This document shows positions 62,671 to 64,000 of a stretch of DNA of 64,000 bases, piece after piece. Source of the DNA: Bigelowiella natans CCMP2755 (lineage: Eukaryota; Protista; Cercozoa); assembly GCA_000320545.1 (NCBI GenBank), contig ADNK01000002.1, forward strand, positions 1 to 64,000. Direction: 5' to 3'. The notes under the pieces were generated by a model, which searched no databases, was not told where the DNA came from, and worked only from the letters and a program-made list of their open reading frames with translations. How positions within the stretch are numbered: the first letter of the stretch is position 1; each line of letters opens with the position of its first letter. Both the position numbers and the translations under genes were made by a program.

Positions 62671-64000
62671 GCACACACATACGCACACACATTTATATAT
62701 GCAATATACGTTCGTGGAGCACCGAAACTTGGTTATGATAATATTATCCATCATCATCCTCATAACCATCTCAAATTGTCGTAAAACTGCAGATTCGAAA
62801 GCAAGCAATCTATGGAGGCATATCATATGACCAAAATCATCGTCTGGAAGAGCTGCAAAAATCAATTCCATTGAAAGAAGAACAACTTGAATGCTTTGTG
62901 GCAGATCTAGAAGAGTCTATCGAGGTGTTTAACGTTTTTCAACGCACGCAACATACAACTAACTGCTACCGCAAATAGAGAAGATATTTGAGAAACATAG
63001 AGGGAAAGAGAAAGATTATTCCAACTTGCGAATAGTAATGTGCTACTGGTTACAGGGATGATGATGATGATGACAGCCCCTGCTCTATTCCTTTGTTATT
63101 TACACTGCAGCAGCAGCAAAATAAAATACCTTCAAAGATGTAAAGAGATGAAATGATTACATTCGTGCACAATGCAAGCATTTTTCTTATTTCCTATTCT
63201 TCTTCTTCTTCTTCTTCTTCTTCTTCTTCTTCAACTATTCCATGTTGATGCTATGATTGCCAATTTCTTGGTGAGATAAATTTATCAATTTAAAACCAGG
63301 CAAATCGCCATAAAAGAGAGAAAGAGAAATACAGAAAAGGCAAACAGAAGAAAAGGGGACAAGGAGATCTTGAGATGGAATCATCATCATCATCATCATC
63401 ACCAACCAAGGAGGTATCCTTCATTTACGGAGGACGAAAACAACAAAGAAATCGATGCGGCAGTACTGGTTGTTCTCCACCCTTGATATTCATTTTGAAA
63501 TTTGTGATTCCTCTATTACTCCTTATAGTATTATGCGGCTGGAATCATGGTTATATTTTTATTTTCTCTCTCTTTTCCAAGAATTTCTAGTGATACTCCT
63601 TCCTTCATTACATCTCAATCATTCATATATGATGACTCGATTTGTCATCATCAGTTGACCATCCTTTGTTGTTTTATTGTAATTTATATGATGATAACAG
63701 ATGATAGCGAGGAGAGTGGAAGTGGCAGTTGTAGCTCTTCCACAAGTACCAGCCATCAAATATACAAAAACCGCATGGAAAAGCAAATGATGATAAGAAA
63801 TCAATATTCTCGCAACTTAAACACAAGATACGAGGATGGACAAACAGATGACCAGGAATCAAAACAAGATTATAATAAGGGGTACTACTGCAAATTTACT
63901 ATTCAAAGCAGAATAATCAGAACCTTTGTAATTTTTGGTATTTATGGAGTGTTGTTTTCACTTATACAATGCTTGATTGGTATGGAAATATCCTAACGTG
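57391..64000 (+). CDS. Kanadaptin (SLC4A1AP)-like protein with two FHA domains, many exons; probably continues past the window
   Basis: FHA1: YRVGRLENADIKLTGASCSR|HAIF..VTDLGTSSGTFLNDQR..HGDVIRFG. FHA2: LHIGRHPDCHVV|LSHTSSSRLHAII..EDAGSARG|TFLNKERIPP..PGDV|LSFG. Then DDMDWR..KQDAK..AELNRARKE..IRKQAIYGGISYDQ..LEESIE, resembling the plant kanadaptin coiled coil. Confidence 0.7.

Overview
Eukaryotic nuclear DNA with many short GT-AG introns and abundant microsatellites. Several genes carry signal-peptide plus transit-peptide leaders, which points to an alga with a complex plastid, plausibly a chlorarachniophyte such as Bigelowiella (inference). Host genes read from spliced exons: TruB-like pseudouridine synthase, intronless CTP synthase, CWC25/CIR-like splicing factor, C2+RhoGAP protein, CRM/YhbY protein, pyruvate dehydrogenase kinase, a multipass membrane protein, a coiled-coil protein, an mTERF-like repeat protein and a double-FHA kanadaptin-like protein. 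Mobile DNA: a complete Ty1/Copia element (16866-23949), a complete Ty3/Gypsy element (46681-52395), a non-autonomous hAT-type element (37488-38785) and decayed LINE-like remnants. The strongest unexplained signal is that kilobase-scale repeat domains have lost almost every TpA dinucleotide (converted to TpG/CpA, with CTAG spared), suggesting a TpA-directed A-to-G mutator, the reverse of fungal RIP. Other highlights: a Gypsy pol ending in a Dam-like methyltransferase-like domain, a Copia LTR with a 10-unit perfect heat-shock-element array, and a ubiquitin-tail-like RFRGG motif closing the leaders of two adjacent genes. Exon boundaries and counts were read by eye and need computational confirmation.
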